DNA from: Pseudomonadota bacterium
Lineage (GTDB): Bacteria > Bdellovibrionota_G > JALEGL01 > DATDPG01
NCBI GenBank assembly: GCA_043809315.1
Contig: JAZDDX010000039.1
Location: 43,918 to 107,917 of the forward strand
Direction of reading: 5' to 3'
DNA length: 64,000 nt
Below the pieces are notes generated by a model. That model made no database searches. It was not told where the DNA came from and saw only the letters and a list, made by a program, of their open reading frames with translations. The position numbers were made by a program, and so were the translations under genes. Numbering within the stretch: the stretch's first letter is position 1; each line of letters opens with the position of its first letter. Below, one piece after another: positions 48,272 through 58,514 of this stretch.

Positions 48272-49225
48272 GTGAGCCATTCGATCCGCCTCGACAACGT
48301 CTCCCGCGCGTTCGGACCGGTCCGGGCCGTCCACGGCATGAGCTTCGAGATCGAACGGGGAGAGATGTTCGCCCTGATCGGTCCCGACGGTGCCGGGAAG
48401 ACCACTACGCTGAAGATGATCCTCGGTCTCCTCCCCTCCGATTCCGGCCGGATCGAGACGCTGGGACTCTCGCCCGAGCGGGACCGTCTCGTGCTGGCGG
48501 AGAAGGTCGGGTATCTCCCCCAACGGTTCTCGCTCTATGGCGATCTCTCGGTCGACGAGAACATCTCCTTCTTCGCCACCATTCACGGCGTCGGCCACTG
48601 GCGTTCCCGTCGGGCCGAACTCTTGAAGATGATGCGCCTCGACCCGTTCCGGACCCGACTCGCCGATCGTCTTTCCGGTGGGATGAAGCAGAAGCTCGCC
48701 CTCTGTTGCACCTTGATCCATACCCCGGAGCTTCTCATCCTCGACGAGCCGACCACCGGAGTCGACCCGGTATCCCGTCGCGAGTTTTGGGCGATCCTCT
48801 CCGGACTCAAGCGGGACGGGATCACGATCGTTCTCACGACGCCGTATCTCGACGAAGCGGAGCGCGTGGACCGCGTCGCCCTGATGATGAAGGGGCGCCT
48901 TCTCGATCTCGACACCCCGGCCCGATTGCGAGCTTCCGTCCGCGGATCGGTGATCGAGGTTCTCGCCCGCCCGAAGCGGGAGGCGGCCGACCTCCTACGA
49001 CGTATTCCGGGAGTTTCCGGAATCGAAACCTTCGGCGAGCGTCTCCACGCCGCGGTCCCGGACCTCTCGGGGGAAGCGGCTGAAACGTTCGGGAAGACGA
49101 TCGAGGGGTCCCTTCGCTCGGCCGGCGTCGTCGTAACGACGGTTCGCGCCGTCGCACCGACCCTGGAGGATCTCTTCATTTCCCGCGTCCGCAACCAAGA
49201 AACCGGCGAGGAGGCCGTCCCATGA
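48272..49225 (+). CDS. ABC transporter ATP-binding protein
   Basis: GPDGAGKTT, LSGGMKQK, LDEPTTGVDP. Confidence 0.93.
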   Translation: MSHSIRLDNVSRAFGPVRAVHGMSFEIERGEMFALIGPDGAGKTTTLKMILGLLPSDSGRIETLGLSPERDRLVLAEKVGYLPQRFSLYGDLSVDENISFFATIHGVGHWRSRRAELLKMMRLDPFRTRLADRLSGGMKQKLALCCTLIHTPELLILDEPTTGVDPVSRREFWAILSGLKRDGITIVLTTPYLDEAERVDRVALMMKGRLLDLDTPARLRASVRGSVIEVLARPKREAADLLRRIPGVSGIETFGERLHAAVPDLSGEAAETFGKTIEGSLRSAGVVVTTVRAVAPTLEDLFISRVRNQETGEEAVP

Positions 49226-50532
49226 TCCGACGATCGATCCCGATTCTCTCGATTCTCTTGCTCGTCTCCGCCGGAGCGGCGGAAGAACGGGGTCCGCTCA
49301 CGCTCCAAGCGGCGATCGAACGGGCGCAGGGTGTCGCGCCGAAGATCCGCCGCCTCCGGGCGCTCGAAAGCGCCGCCCACGCATCCTCCTCGGTTGCCCG
49401 CGGAGGACGCTGGCCGTCGGTGAACGCGAGCGCCGGGTACGCCCGGTACTCCGACGTCCCTTCGCTGACGGCGAACTTCGGAAACGGGCCGGTCGCCCTA
49501 TTCCCCAACCTCCCGAACAACTACCGGACGCGGGTCGAAGGAAGTGTGCCGCTCTTCACCGGCGGTAAACTCTCTTCGGCGATTGCGGCCGCCCGGAATC
49601 AGGAGTCGTCGGCGGAGCAGGAACGGGAAAGCAGTACGGCGGACTTGACGCTCGAAACGACGGTCGCTTATTGGGGCCTCGTCACCGCCGCCGAGAGCGA
49701 AACCGTTCTCAGTGCGGCGGTCGCCTCGTACGACGGTCACCTGAAAGATGCCGAGAACCGCGCACGGATCGGAATGGCGGCGCGGAACGACGTTCTGGCG
49801 GTCTCCGTCGAGCGCGACCAGGCGGAGCTGTCGTTGATCCAAGCGCGCGACGAAACCGCAATCGCCAGGGCCAACCTCCTGCGGCTGCTCGATTACGGGA
49901 CCTCGGACGCGGTGGAGCCGTCCGACCGACTCGATCCCGTCCCCGCCCACACCCCACCTTTGGAGGAATCGATCCGTAAAGCGCTCGAGTCACGCGCCGA
50001 CCGCAAAGCAGCAGCGTCTCGTCTTGCCGCCGCGAACGAGACGACGGGGATCGCCCGGTCGGTCTGGTGGCCGCAGATCTCCGCCGTCGCAGGATACGAT
50101 TACGCCCGGCCGAACCGACGGATCGTTCCGAACACGGACGAGTTCAAGGGGAGCTGGGATGCCGGCATCAACCTCACCCTGAACCTTTTCGAGGGGGGCC
50201 GCACACGCGCCGGCATCGACCAAGCCGAAGCGCAGGCCGAGGCGACCCGGGCCCAACTTGCGGAACTCGATCAACGGATCCGTTTCGAGGTGAGTGCCCG
50301 CCTTTCGGACCTTCAGAGCGCGAACGCCGCGATCCCGGTCGCTCTCCGGAACGTCGAGTCGGCGACGGAGAACCTCAAGGTCTCTCAGAACCGTTACCGG
50401 GCCGGCGTAATTCCCTCGTCTGAACTTCTCGACGCCGAAACCGCCCTCCTGCGGGCCGGGTTGCTCAAGGTCGACGTCCTGGCTCGAATCCGGGTCACGC
50501 AGGCCCAGTTCGAGAGGACCATCGGAGAGTGA
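49222..50532 (+). CDS. TolC-family outer-membrane efflux protein
   Basis: Signal peptide, duplicated WP-x-S...PLFTGG / LFEGG halves, RYRAG...ELLDAE. Confidence 0.9.
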   Translation: MIRRSIPILSILLLVSAGAAEERGPLTLQAAIERAQGVAPKIRRLRALESAAHASSSVARGGRWPSVNASAGYARYSDVPSLTANFGNGPVALFPNLPNNYRTRVEGSVPLFTGGKLSSAIAAARNQESSAEQERESSTADLTLETTVAYWGLVTAAESETVLSAAVASYDGHLKDAENRARIGMAARNDVLAVSVERDQAELSLIQARDETAIARANLLRLLDYGTSDAVEPSDRLDPVPAHTPPLEESIRKALESRADRKAAASRLAAANETTGIARSVWWPQISAVAGYDYARPNRRIVPNTDEFKGSWDAGINLTLNLFEGGRTRAGIDQAEAQAEATRAQLAELDQRIRFEVSARLSDLQSANAAIPVALRNVESATENLKVSQNRYRAGVIPSSELLDAETALLRAGLLKVDVLARIRVTQAQFERTIGE

Positions 50533-51470
50533 ATGTGACGGCCGCCATCGAAACGCACGAGCTCACGAAGCGCTTCGGTTCGTTCACGGCGGTCGATCGT
50601 CTGACCATGGAGGTCCATTCCGGAGAGATCTTCGGTTTTCTCGGAAGCAACGGGGCGGGGAAATCGACGGCGATCCGGATGATGTGCGGCCTCCTTTCCC
50701 CGACCTCCGGGAGCGCCCGGGTTCTCGGACTCGATGTCGCGAGTCAGCCGGACGAGGTGAAACGCAAAATCGGGTACATGAGCCAGCGTTTCTCTCTCTA
50801 CGACGATCTGACGGTCGAGCAGAACCTGACTTTCTTCGGCGGTGTCTACGGCCTCGATGACCCTACGCTCCGGAAACGACGTTCGGCGGCGGTCGAGATG
50901 GCGGGGCTGACCGGAAAAGAGAAGATCCTGACCGGCGATCTCCCCCAGGGTTGGAAACAGCGCCTCGCTCTCGCGAGCGCGGTCCTCCACCGGCCGAAAC
51001 TTCTCTTTCTCGATGAACCGACCGGCGGGGTCGATCCGATTTCCCGGCGACAGTTTTGGGGATGGATCGATGAGCTGGCCGCCTCCGGCGTGACGATCGT
51101 CGTGACGACGCACTATCTGGATGAGGCGGAACGTTGTGATCGTCTCGCGCTGATGCATGCCGGTTGCCTCATTTCGATGGGAACCGTGGGCGAACTCCGC
51201 GGGATCTTCGCCGACCGGACGATGATCGAGATCTCCTCCCCCCGCTACCTCGAACTCCACGAGAAGCTCCGTTCCGAGCCGGGGATCCGGGAAGCGACCC
51301 TCTTCGGAACGTCGCTTCATGTCGTCATCGATCGGGACGACGCCTCACTTGCCGCGCTCCGCGCGCGGCTCGACGAATGGAACTTCGCCCCATACCGGAT
51401 CTCTCCCATCGTCCCGTCGTTGGAGGACGTCTTCATCCACCAGATCGACGCCGTGGAGGGGCGGAGATGA
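50529..51470 (+). CDS. ABC transporter ATP-binding protein
   Basis: GSNGAGKST, LPQGWKQR, LDEPTGGVDP, TTHYLDEAE. Confidence 0.93.
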   Translation: MNVTAAIETHELTKRFGSFTAVDRLTMEVHSGEIFGFLGSNGAGKSTAIRMMCGLLSPTSGSARVLGLDVASQPDEVKRKIGYMSQRFSLYDDLTVEQNLTFFGGVYGLDDPTLRKRRSAAVEMAGLTGKEKILTGDLPQGWKQRLALASAVLHRPKLLFLDEPTGGVDPISRRQFWGWIDELAASGVTIVVTTHYLDEAERCDRLALMHAGCLISMGTVGELRGIFADRTMIEISSPRYLELHEKLRSEPGIREATLFGTSLHVVIDRDDASLAALRARLDEWNFAPYRISPIVPSLEDVFIHQIDAVEGRR

Positions 51471-52591
51471 GGAAGATCGCCGCGATCGCTCTCAAGGAGT
51501 TCCGGCAGATCCGCCGCGATCCCCTTTCTCTGGTGATGCTCCTCGCCTTTCCGGCGGTCATGCTTCTCCTGTACGGATACGCCCTCAACTTCGACGTGAA
51601 ACATGTGCCGCTCGCGGTACAGGACCGGAGCCGATCGGCCGAGAGCCGAGACCTCGTGGCGGGGTTCACACACTCGATCTATTTCGATCAGGTCGCGGAT
51701 CTCCCTCCCGACGCCGACTTTCACCGGCTGTTCGAACGACGAACGGCCCAGGCGATCCTCGTGATCCCGGAAGGGTACGGACGGAAGGTCGGAAGCGGCC
51801 GGCGGGCGCCGGTTGCGTTCCTTCTGGACGGGGCGAACGCTTCGACCGCAGCGACGATCCTCGGGTACGCCAGCGCCGTGGTCAACGAAGCGAACGCCGA
51901 GCTCTTCACGCAGACCTCCAACGAACAGAACCGTTCCTTTTCGCCGCCGCTCCTGTACCGCCCGCGCGTCTGGTACAACCCGGAGCTCAAATCGACGCAG
52001 TTCCTGATCCCGGGGTTGATCGGCTTCATCATGATGATCACCGCCGTCCTTTCGACCGCCCTCTCGATCGTCCGGGAGAAAGAACGGGGAACGATCGATC
52101 AGCTCCGGATCACGGCTCTCCGTCCGCATGAGCTGATCCTCGGGAAGACGCTCCCCTATCTCGTGATCTCGATGGCGGCGATGAAGATCATCCTCTGGGC
52201 CGCGGAACTCCTGTTCGGCATCGAGGTCCGTGGATCGCAGGTCGACCTGTTTCTCGCGACGCTGATCTTCGTGATCGGCGCTCTCGGCCTCGGCCTTCTC
52301 GTCTCCAGCGTCTCCGCGACGCAGGCAATGGCGTTCCAGGTGGGGAGCCTTCTCGCCATGCTTCCGACGATCTTCCTTTCTGGGTTCATCTTCCCGATCC
52401 GAAACATGCCGCTCCCGCTCCAGCTGATCACCTACGCGTTCCCCCCCCGTTATTTTCTCGTGATCATGCGCGGCGTGATCCTCAAAGGGGCAACGCTCCT
52501 TCCGTATCTCACCGAGATGGCGTTCCTGACCCTCTATGCGCTGGTCGTGATGACGATCGCCTATCGACGGCTCCGCGTCGGGGAACGGTGA
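51467..52591 (+). CDS. ABC-2 permease (YbhS-like)
   Basis: KEFRQIRRD, WYNPEL, REKERGT, LSGFIFP; ATG 51467. Confidence 0.9.
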   Translation: MRKIAAIALKEFRQIRRDPLSLVMLLAFPAVMLLLYGYALNFDVKHVPLAVQDRSRSAESRDLVAGFTHSIYFDQVADLPPDADFHRLFERRTAQAILVIPEGYGRKVGSGRRAPVAFLLDGANASTAATILGYASAVVNEANAELFTQTSNEQNRSFSPPLLYRPRVWYNPELKSTQFLIPGLIGFIMMITAVLSTALSIVREKERGTIDQLRITALRPHELILGKTLPYLVISMAAMKIILWAAELLFGIEVRGSQVDLFLATLIFVIGALGLGLLVSSVSATQAMAFQVGSLLAMLPTIFLSGFIFPIRNMPLPLQLITYAFPPRYFLVIMRGVILKGATLLPYLTEMAFLTLYALVVMTIAYRRLRVGER

Positions 52592-53709
52592 CGATGCGCA
52601 CGATTCTCCAGATCATCCGGAAAGAGTTTCTGCAACTGCGGCGGGACCGGCGGATGTTCCCGATGCTCTTTCTGGCGCCGCTCATTCAGGTCTTCATCTT
52701 CGGATTCGCCGCGAACAACGACGTCACACACGTTCCGATCGCGCTGGTCGACCAGGACCGTTCGATCGAGAGCCGGCGACTCGTCGACGAGTTCCTCTCC
52801 TCCGGGTATTTCGACCTCGCCGGATCGGCCGACTCCGTCCCGGAGGTCGAGCCGTGGCTTGTCCGTGGGAAGGCGCAGATCATCCTCGTCATCGGGAAGA
52901 ACTTCGGACGGGATCTCAAGAGCCGCCGGACTCCGCAAGTCCAGGTGATCGCGGATGGAAGCGACGCCTCCTCCGCCACGGTGGGCCTCGGGTATGCATC
53001 GCGGATTCTCGAGCGCCTCGGAACGCGTCTTGCCCCCGGACATCTCCAGGGCCTATCCATGTCCCGGATCGAACTGGTCCCCAGGGTCTGGTACAACCCC
53101 GACTTGAAAAGCCGCTGGTTCTATCTCCCGGCGATCCTCGCCATGATCCTGATCTTGACGACGATGATCCTCCCTTCCATGGCGGTCGTAAGGGAAAAGG
53201 AGCTCGGAACCCTCGAGCAGATCATCGTGACGCCGATCCGGCCGTATCAGCTGATGATCGGGAAACTCTTTCCGTTCGCGGTGATCGGGATCGCGAACAT
53301 CTGCTTCATGACGGCGGTGATCGTCTTCGGCTTCGGTGTGGAGATCCGGGGATCGTTCCTCCTGCTTCTCCTCCTTTCGTTCCCATTCCTGCTCTCGACG
53401 CTCGGGCTCGGGCTGTTCGTCTCGACCCTGGTCCGAACCCAACAGCAGGCGATGATGTTGTCGATGTACGGGGTGATGATCCCGATGGTCTACCTCTCGG
53501 GCCTGATCTTCCCGGTCGAAAACATGCCTGCGGCCGTCCAGAAGTTCACCTACCTGATCCCCCTTCGTTACTACGCGACGATCCTGCGCGGGGTGTTTTT
53601 GAAAGGGTCCGGCCTAGAGACCTTGTGGCCCGAGGTTTTGGCGCTCCTAGCGGTCGGTCTCGCCGTTCTCGCCCTTGCCTCGGCCCGGTTCCGAAAGAAT
53701 CTCGACTAA
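52588..53709 (+). CDS. ABC-2 permease (YbhR-like)
   Basis: KEFLQLRRD, WYNPDL, REKELGTLEQ, LSGLIFP. Confidence 0.9.
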   Translation: MTMRTILQIIRKEFLQLRRDRRMFPMLFLAPLIQVFIFGFAANNDVTHVPIALVDQDRSIESRRLVDEFLSSGYFDLAGSADSVPEVEPWLVRGKAQIILVIGKNFGRDLKSRRTPQVQVIADGSDASSATVGLGYASRILERLGTRLAPGHLQGLSMSRIELVPRVWYNPDLKSRWFYLPAILAMILILTTMILPSMAVVREKELGTLEQIIVTPIRPYQLMIGKLFPFAVIGIANICFMTAVIVFGFGVEIRGSFLLLLLLSFPFLLSTLGLGLFVSTLVRTQQQAMMLSMYGVMIPMVYLSGLIFPVENMPAAVQKFTYLIPLRYYATILRGVFLKGSGLETLWPEVLALLAVGLAVLALASARFRKNLD

Positions 53710-53736
53710 ACATCGGAAGCCACTTACTTTGATCGG

Positions 53737-55263
53737 ATGAGCCGACAGCTCTTCGCGCGAAAACCTTTCAAACTATTGATGGAAGAGATGGCGGGGGAGA
53801 ACCGCCTCCGCCGCATTCTCGGGCCCGTCGCTCTCTCCTCCCTGGGAATCGGCGCGATCATCGGCACCGGGATCTTCGTCTTGACCGGGATCACGGCGCA
53901 CGACAAGACCGGCCCGGCGCTCGCCCTGTCGTTCGTGGCAGCCGGCATCACCTGTCTTTTCGCGGCGCTCTCGTATGCGGAGCTTGCGTCGATGGTTCCG
54001 ATCGCCGGGTCGGCCTATACCTATGCGTACGCCACGAGGGGGGAGCTGTTCGCCTGGATCATCGGATGGGATCTGATCCTCGAATATGCCGTCGGCGCCG
54101 GGACCGTTGCCCACGGTTGGTCGCACTATTTTCAGGACTTTATCTCCCTTCTGGGAATCCAGGTCCCCAACGCACTTTCGAAGGCCCCGTTCGATTTCAA
54201 TCCGGAACTCGGGCGCCTCGTCGCGACGGGAACGGTGTTCGACCTTCCGGCCGTCCTGATCGCGTTCGCCATCACAGCGATCCTGGTCAAAGGGATCAAG
54301 GAGAGCGTCCGGTTCAACGCGGTCATCGTGATGATCAAGCTGGCGATCGTTCTGTTCGTGATCGCGGTCGGCGCTTTTTTCGTCAATCCGGCGAACTGGC
54401 ATCCGTTCGCTCCATTCGGCTACAGCGGGATCTCCTTCTTCGGGCACACGATCCTCGGCCAGACCGCCGTCGGGGGGGAACCTCTCGGGATGCTGGCCGG
54501 GGCGGCGATCATCTTCTTTGCGTACATCGGTTTCGACTCGGTCTCGACCCATTCCGAGGAGGCGAAGAACCCGCAGCGGGATGTTCCGATCGGAATCATC
54601 TCCTCTCTTCTGATTTGCACGGTCCTCTACATCGCGGTCTCCCTGGTCTTGACCGGCATGGTTCCGTATCAGGAGATCAACATCGACGCCCCCGTCTCCA
54701 GGGCGTTCGCGCAGGTCGGGATGCCGTGGGCGCACTACATGATCGCCTTCGGGGCACTCGCCGGAATCACATCGGTGCTCTTGGTCATGATGCTGAGCCA
54801 GGCGCGGGTCTTCCTCGCCGTGGCCCGCGACGGGCTTCTGCCGAAGAACTTTTTCGCGGCGGTCCACGAGAAGTTCCGAACCCCCTGGAAGTCGACGATC
54901 GTGACGGGAATCTTCGTCGCCATCCTGGCCGGATTTCTGCCTCTCCGCATCCTCGCGGAGATGGTGAGCATCGGAACGCTTTTCGCGTTCTTCATCACCT
55001 CCGGTGCCGTCCTGATCATGCGGAAAACGAACCCCGGCGCCCCCCGCCCCTTCCGTGCTCCGTGGGTTCCGTTCACCCCAATCATGGGGATGGCGACCTC
55101 GCTTCTCCTCATGTTCTCGCTCCCGGCGGAGAACTGGTGGCGTCTCTTCATCTGGCTCGGAATCGGGCTCGCGATCTACCTCTTCTACGGCCGCAAACAC
55201 AGCGTGATGAAGCATTACCTGGCCCGGGAGGTCCCCCGGGCCCCCGCCGACAACGAGCCATAA
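53737..55263 (+). CDS. Amino-acid permease (APC, cationic amino-acid transporter-like)
   Basis: GIGAIIGTGIF, YAELASMVPIAGSAY, IGWDLILEY, FFAYIGFD, EEAKNPQRD. Confidence 0.92.
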   Translation: MSRQLFARKPFKLLMEEMAGENRLRRILGPVALSSLGIGAIIGTGIFVLTGITAHDKTGPALALSFVAAGITCLFAALSYAELASMVPIAGSAYTYAYATRGELFAWIIGWDLILEYAVGAGTVAHGWSHYFQDFISLLGIQVPNALSKAPFDFNPELGRLVATGTVFDLPAVLIAFAITAILVKGIKESVRFNAVIVMIKLAIVLFVIAVGAFFVNPANWHPFAPFGYSGISFFGHTILGQTAVGGEPLGMLAGAAIIFFAYIGFDSVSTHSEEAKNPQRDVPIGIISSLLICTVLYIAVSLVLTGMVPYQEINIDAPVSRAFAQVGMPWAHYMIAFGALAGITSVLLVMMLSQARVFLAVARDGLLPKNFFAAVHEKFRTPWKSTIVTGIFVAILAGFLPLRILAEMVSIGTLFAFFITSGAVLIMRKTNPGAPRPFRAPWVPFTPIMGMATSLLLMFSLPAENWWRLFIWLGIGLAIYLFYGRKHSVMKHYLAREVPRAPADNEP

Positions 55264-55343
55264 CCAGAGTTACGGTGCCTAAATATCCCGCGGGGGACGT
55301 CGCGTAATATACTGTTATTGTTTGTTTATTAGACGTGTAAAGA

Positions 55344-55358
55344 TGGCACGTTCCGTGC
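55344..55358 (+). promoter_or_regulatory. Sigma-54-like (-24/-12) element upstream of the lipoprotein pair
   Basis: TGGCACG-TTCC-GTGC with correct spacing after an AT-rich tract. It is also a palindrome (GGCACG/CGTGCC), and TATAAT at 55360-55365 allows a sigma-70 reading. Confidence 0.5.
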
Positions 55359-55367
55359 CTATAATAG

Positions 55368-56294
55368 ATGTCGATGATGCCGTATCGGCACCTATTGATT
55401 GGATTCCTCTTCCTGGCCGGCGCTTGCGGCGGCAAGACGCGGGCGACCGTTATGAACACCGGAACCGATCCGAAACCGGCCCCCTCCCCGACCCAGCCCT
55501 CCAACGCTCTCTGCAACGGCGGATTGGCCTACTTCGAGGACAAGGACGGTGACAGCTACGGAAACCCGAACGTCATGAGCTGCGAATTCAAGAACGGGTA
55601 TCTGACCACGTCCGGCGACTGCGACGATAACAACAAGGACTCGCATCCCGGGGCGATCGAGCTTCGCGGGGACGGCTCCGACAACAACTGTGACGGACTG
55701 ACCGATGAGGGGGGCCCCTACTACACGCTCTCAGGGAACTGGGCTGATTTCGGAACCTGCACGGTGGTCGGGATCTCGTCTGCGACTTCGATCGACGACC
55801 CGAACAAGGCATTCCTTGCGGCCGACCTGACTCACAACCTGCTTCTGGACACGAACGGGAACGGCATCGACGACGAGCAGCTCCAATTGACGGATGGCGG
55901 GACAGAAACCCCAGCCTATTTCTGGCAACTGGATGCCGCCCTCGGAACCTATTCCGCGGCGGCGACACTCGTTCCCGGACGCGGCTATTTCCTCTTCACG
56001 AACGGAACGGGGGGATTCCGCCAGGTGCTCGGCACCCCGCCGACCGGGCCTGTTAATGTGGATGTCGAGTCTGGGGTATTCAACCTCCTGGCGAACCCGT
56101 TCGATCGGGATATTCCCGACATTCGCAATCTGATCACCCCGGCCGGTGCTCTAAACGGGGAGGTTTTCGTTTACGACGGGAGCTGTATTGAAAGCGCTTC
56201 ATTTGCCCTGAAGAAATTTCAGGGGTTCAAGGTCAAGATCGCGGCCGGGGTCACGTCGATCACGATCAACCCGCCGCTCACCTTCGTCCCGTAG
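55368..56294 (+). CDS. Lipoprotein with MopE-like putative metal-binding motif (paralogue 1)
   Basis: AGAC lipobox; DKDGDSYG and DCDDNNKDSHPGAIELRGDGSDNNCDGLTDE motif. Confidence 0.8.
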   Translation: MSMMPYRHLLIGFLFLAGACGGKTRATVMNTGTDPKPAPSPTQPSNALCNGGLAYFEDKDGDSYGNPNVMSCEFKNGYLTTSGDCDDNNKDSHPGAIELRGDGSDNNCDGLTDEGGPYYTLSGNWADFGTCTVVGISSATSIDDPNKAFLAADLTHNLLLDTNGNGIDDEQLQLTDGGTETPAYFWQLDAALGTYSAAATLVPGRGYFLFTNGTGGFRQVLGTPPTGPVNVDVESGVFNLLANPFDRDIPDIRNLITPAGALNGEVFVYDGSCIESASFALKKFQGFKVKIAAGVTSITINPPLTFVP

Positions 56295-56296
56295 GA

Positions 56297-57253
56297 ATGA
56301 GGATGGAAGTAGCAACGAGATCATTCCGATTCGGCCTTGGCTGCGCCCTCCTCGCTCTGCTCATCTCCTGCGCCGGAAAAACCGACAATCCTTCCCCTCC
56401 TCCCAAACTCACCACGGCAACGTCGACCCCAGATCCGAATGAAGGTCTCTGTAACGGCGGCCTGGCGTGGTACCAGGACACCGACGAGGACGGGTACGGC
56501 GTACCGGACGTCTACAACTGCAACCCGAAACCCGGCTTCGTTCTGGGCACCGAGATGGATTGCAATGAGAACGACCCGACCATTCATCCGAAAGCGATCG
56601 AACTTCTCGGGGATGGGATCGATAACAACTGTGACGGCACGATCGACGAGGCCACCGGAGCCGATCCGACACTCATCGGCAACTGGGCCGATTACCCGAC
56701 AAAAGGTTTTATCGGGGTCTCTTCGGAGGTGGACCTCGACGCGGCAACCGCCTTCCATTCCGTGGATCCGATCTTCAATGTGATCACCAAGCAGCAGCTT
56801 CACATGTGGATACCGTGGAGCGCTACATCCAACGAACCCGCACTTTTCTGGACGCCGGTCTGCTCGCACGGGGTCAGCTGCAATTATGTGAAAGCCACAA
56901 AACTCGTTCCAGGAAAGGGTTATGCGGTGAGTACCTCCGGAAACGGAATCTTTCGTCAACTTCAGGGATCCGCTCGAACGACGCCGGTCGTCGTGACGGT
57001 CACAGGGAACGCGATCAACGCGATCTCCAACCCGTTCAACCAAACGATCAATCTCGTGGATGCGATCAAGAAAGGTGACGGTACAGGAACCATCGACGAT
57101 GTCGTCTGGAAGGATACCGACGGCACGTACTACATCTACGGCCTGAACAACCAACCGTTGACGACCGCGAAGAAATTCCAAGGGTTCTGGCTCGGAGTTC
57201 CCAAGGACGTCACGTCGATCACGATCAACCCGCCGACGGCCCCTGCCCTCTGA
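56297..57253 (+). CDS. Lipoprotein with MopE-like putative metal-binding motif (paralogue 2)
   Basis: LISC lipobox; DTDEDGYG and DCNENDPTIHPKAIELLGDGIDNNCDGTIDE motif. Confidence 0.8.
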   Translation: MRMEVATRSFRFGLGCALLALLISCAGKTDNPSPPPKLTTATSTPDPNEGLCNGGLAWYQDTDEDGYGVPDVYNCNPKPGFVLGTEMDCNENDPTIHPKAIELLGDGIDNNCDGTIDEATGADPTLIGNWADYPTKGFIGVSSEVDLDAATAFHSVDPIFNVITKQQLHMWIPWSATSNEPALFWTPVCSHGVSCNYVKATKLVPGKGYAVSTSGNGIFRQLQGSARTTPVVVTVTGNAINAISNPFNQTINLVDAIKKGDGTGTIDDVVWKDTDGTYYIYGLNNQPLTTAKKFQGFWLGVPKDVTSITINPPTAPAL

Positions 57254-57262
57254 TCGATCGTT

Positions 57263-58510
57263 CTACTGCCCGTACTTCTCGATGATCGCTTTCTTGTCCA
57301 ATCCGAGGATGCCGTACTTCTTCCCGACCTTTCTGAACGCCTCGAGTGCCTTGGTCAGCATCGGGATATCGTGATCGGCCGACAACTGCGTCCGAATCCT
57401 CGCCTGCCCCGCCGGGACAACGGGGAAGAAGAAGCCGACGACATAGATCCCCTCCGCAAAGAGATCGCGCGAAACATCCTGGCTCAACTTCGCGTTGTAC
57501 AACATCACCGGGACGATCGGGCTCTCCCCCTCCTTGATGATGAAGCCGGCCTCGGTCAACCCCTTCCGCCAGAACTTCGTGTTCACCTCCAGCTGATCGC
57601 GCCGTTCCGTGGACGCGCTTAAAATTTCGAGAACACGGATCCCGGCGGAGACGATCGGCGGCGGGACCGAGTTACTGAAGAGGCAGGGCCTTGCTTTTTG
57701 TCGGCAGAGATCGACGATCTCCTTCCGCCCGGACACGCAGCCGCCGCTCGCGCCCCCTAAGCCTTTGCCGAGCGTCGTCGTGATGATGTCGATCTTCCCC
57801 ATCACCCCTTTGAGCTCGTGAACCCCGCGCCCCGTCTTCCCGATGAAGCCGCTTCCGTGGCTGTCGTCGACGAAGACAAGGGCATCGTATTTCTCTCCCA
57901 GCGCCACGATCTCGTTCAACGGAGCGATATCGCCGTCCATGGAGAAGACGCCGTCGGTCAGGATCATCCGGACCCGCTTGTCGGCATGTTCCTGGAGCTT
58001 CTGCTCGAGATGCTCCATGTCGGAGTGCTTGTAGGTATCGTGCATCGCCTTGCAGAGGCGGATCCCGTCGATGATCGACGCGTGAACCAACCGGTCGGAG
58101 ATCATGATGTCCTCGGGCGTAAGGATCGATTCAAAAACCCCGGCGTTCGCCTCCATGCAGCTCGGGAAGAGGATCGTGTCCTCCGTGCCGAGGAACTCGG
58201 AGAGCTTCTCCTCGAGTTTCCGGTGGATATCCTGCGTCCCGCAGATGAACGGCACGCTCGACATCCCATACCCACGCTCATCGAGCCCCGCGTGCGCCGC
58301 CTTCAGCACCTCCGGATGGCTCGAGAGACCGAGGTAGTTGTTCGAGCAAAGATTGATCACCGACTTCGGAGCCGCACCCGCCGGAAACTCGACCCGAATC
58401 GTCGCCGCTTGCGGGGAATGGATGTACCGGGGCTCTTTGAAGAGCCCTTCGTTCTTCAGGCGAGTCAGTTCGTTCTTCCACGCCTCCTTGACCGCTGCCG
58501 GATATGCCAT
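57263..58510 (-). CDS. kbl: PLP-dependent alpha-oxoamine synthase, glycine C-acetyltransferase (Kbl)-like
   Basis: NLCSNNYLGL, HASIIDG, TDGVFSMDG, DDSH, TTLGKGLGGASGG (PLP Lys), LFSNS, ARIRTQ. Confidence 0.85.
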   Translation of the reverse strand: MAYPAAVKEAWKNELTRLKNEGLFKEPRYIHSPQAATIRVEFPAGAAPKSVINLCSNNYLGLSSHPEVLKAAHAGLDERGYGMSSVPFICGTQDIHRKLEEKLSEFLGTEDTILFPSCMEANAGVFESILTPEDIMISDRLVHASIIDGIRLCKAMHDTYKHSDMEHLEQKLQEHADKRVRMILTDGVFSMDGDIAPLNEIVALGEKYDALVFVDDSHGSGFIGKTGRGVHELKGVMGKIDIITTTLGKGLGGASGGCVSGRKEIVDLCRQKARPCLFSNSVPPPIVSAGIRVLEILSASTERRDQLEVNTKFWRKGLTEAGFIIKEGESPIVPVMLYNAKLSQDVSRDLFAEGIYVVGFFFPVVPAGQARIRTQLSADHDIPMLTKALEAFRKVGKKYGILGLDKKAIIEKYGQ

Positions 58511-58514
58511 GGGA

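Noticed and set aside
57263-58510. Serine palmitoyltransferase or BioF assignment
   Set aside because: The PLP-lysine context TLGKGLGGASGG and the FICGT and LFSNS blocks are Kbl-type rather than the SPT TFSKS type; the partner ligase looks short-chain and no bio genes are present.
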